Below are positions 62,640 to 64,000 of a stretch of 64,000 nucleotides of DNA, one piece after another. The stretch covers positions 8,578 to 72,577 of the forward strand of contig NIVC01003877.1 in NCBI GenBank assembly GCA_002269645.1. Reading direction: 5' to 3'. The position numbers were made by a program, and so were the translations under genes. The stretch comes from Macrostomum lignano. Its lineage: Eukaryota. Numbering within the stretch: position 1 is the stretch's first letter; each line of letters opens with the position of its first letter. The notes below the pieces were generated by a model. That model did not search any database and was not told where the DNA came from. It saw only the letters and a list, made by a program, of their open reading frames with translations.

Positions 62640-64000
62640 TTAACCTCTGATAACTAGTGTGCTCAACTCCTGATAACTACAGTGTGCTCAACTTCTGTTA
62701 ACTACAGTGTGCTCAACTCCTGTTAACTACAGTGTGCTCAACTCCTGATAACTACAGTGTGCTCAACTTCTGTTAACTACAGTGTGCTCAACTCCTGTTA
62801 ACTACAGTGTGCTCAACTCCTGTTAACTACAGTGTGCTCAACTCCTGTTAACTACAGTGTGCTCAACTCCTGTTAACTACAGTGTGCTCAACTCCTGTTA
62901 ACTACAGTGTGCCTCAACTCCTGTTAACTACAGTGTGCTCAAACTCCTGATAACTTATCCTATCAGCTTACAATGTGCTCAATCCTGACAGCTTACAGTT
63001 GCTCAAATCCTGACACGCATAGACAGTATGGTTAACCCAGACACCAATAGACAGTGTGCTCAACCCTGACACCCATAGACAGTGTCCCCCACACCCCATG
63101 GACAGTGTGGTCAACCCTGATACCAATAGACAGTGTGCTCAACCCTGACACCCAGAGACAGTGTGGTCAACCCTGACACCCAGAGACAGTGTGGTCAACC
63201 CTGACACCCATAGACAGTGTGCTCAACCCTGACACCATGGACAGTGTGGTCAATCCTGACACCCATAGACAGTGTGCGCAACCCTGACATCTATAGTCAA
63301 TGTGCTCAATCCTGACACCATAGATAGTGTGCTCAACCCTGACACCAATAGACAGTGTGCGCAACCCTGACACCTATAGTCAATGTGCTCAATCCTGACA
63401 CCCATAGACAGTGTGCTCAACCCTGACACCAATAGACAGTGTGCTCAACCCTGACACCATAGACAGTGTGTCCCCCCACACCCATAGACAGTGTGGTCAA
63501 CCCTGACACAATGACAGTGTGCTCAACCTGACACCCATGGACAGTGTGGTCAACCCTGACACCCATAGACAGTGTGGTCAACCCTGACACCAATAGACAG
63601 TATGGTTAACCCAGACACCAATAGACAGTGTGCTCAACCCTGACACCCATAGACAGTGTGTCCCCCCACACCCCATGGACAGTGTGATCAACCCTAACAC
63701 CCATAGACAGTGTGCTCAACCCTGACACCCATAGACAGTGTGCTCAACCCTGACACCCATAGACAGTAATACAGTGTGGTCAACCCTGACACCCATAGAC
63801 AGTAATAGACAGTGTGGTCAACCCTGACACCCATAGACAGTGTGCTCACCCTGACACCAATAGACAGTGTGCGCAACCCTGACCACCCATGGACAGTGTG
63901 CTCAACCTGAACACCCATAGAAGTGTGCTCAACCCTGACACCCATAGACAGTAATACAGTGTGGTCAACCCTGACACCCATAGACAGTGTGCTCAACCCT
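62640..64000. repeat. 25-bp TTAACTACAGTGTGCTCAACTCCTG array grading into ~28-bp GACAGTGTGGTCAACCCTGACACCCATA array
   Basis: Direct reading; shared ACAGTGTG(C/G)TCAAC core; lies in the intron upstream of the BTB exon. Confidence 0.92.

Overview
Metazoan genomic DNA with spliceosomal introns, GC-rich polyQ-bearing exons and AT-rich introns. About 35 different micro/minisatellite arrays cover roughly 24 kb (hand estimate). The style resembles the flatworm Macrostomum lignano, but this is inference only. I rebuilt five spliced genes by hand from GT-AG sites and reading-frame phase: (1) JIP3/Sunday driver/UNC-16 (+, 6840-30210), with three phase-1 microexons, a candidate alternative exon and one apparent 1-nt frameshift; (2) a divergent CK1/TTBK-family kinase nested antisense in a JIP3 intron (-, 23762-21101); (3) a GnRH/AKH-type GPCR (-, 44712-33080); (4) a syntaxin-7/12-like t-SNARE (-, 58133-52666); (5) the last exon of a SPOP-like BTB-BACK gene (-, 62576-62281) with two 1-nt frameshifts. 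Mobile DNA includes a tRNA-derived SINE, an old split RTE LINE, a young 5'-truncated RTE LINE, two hAT-type MITEs with 8-bp TSDs, an RNase H LINE 3' end, a solo LTR and a fossil of a Polinton/Maverick-type DNA polymerase B. Four young insertions of different classes all sit inside TGGGAT-containing 21-25 bp minisatellites with clean TSDs. There are no CRISPR arrays, rRNA or bona fide tRNA genes. All family assignments come from recognised motifs; no database search was run.
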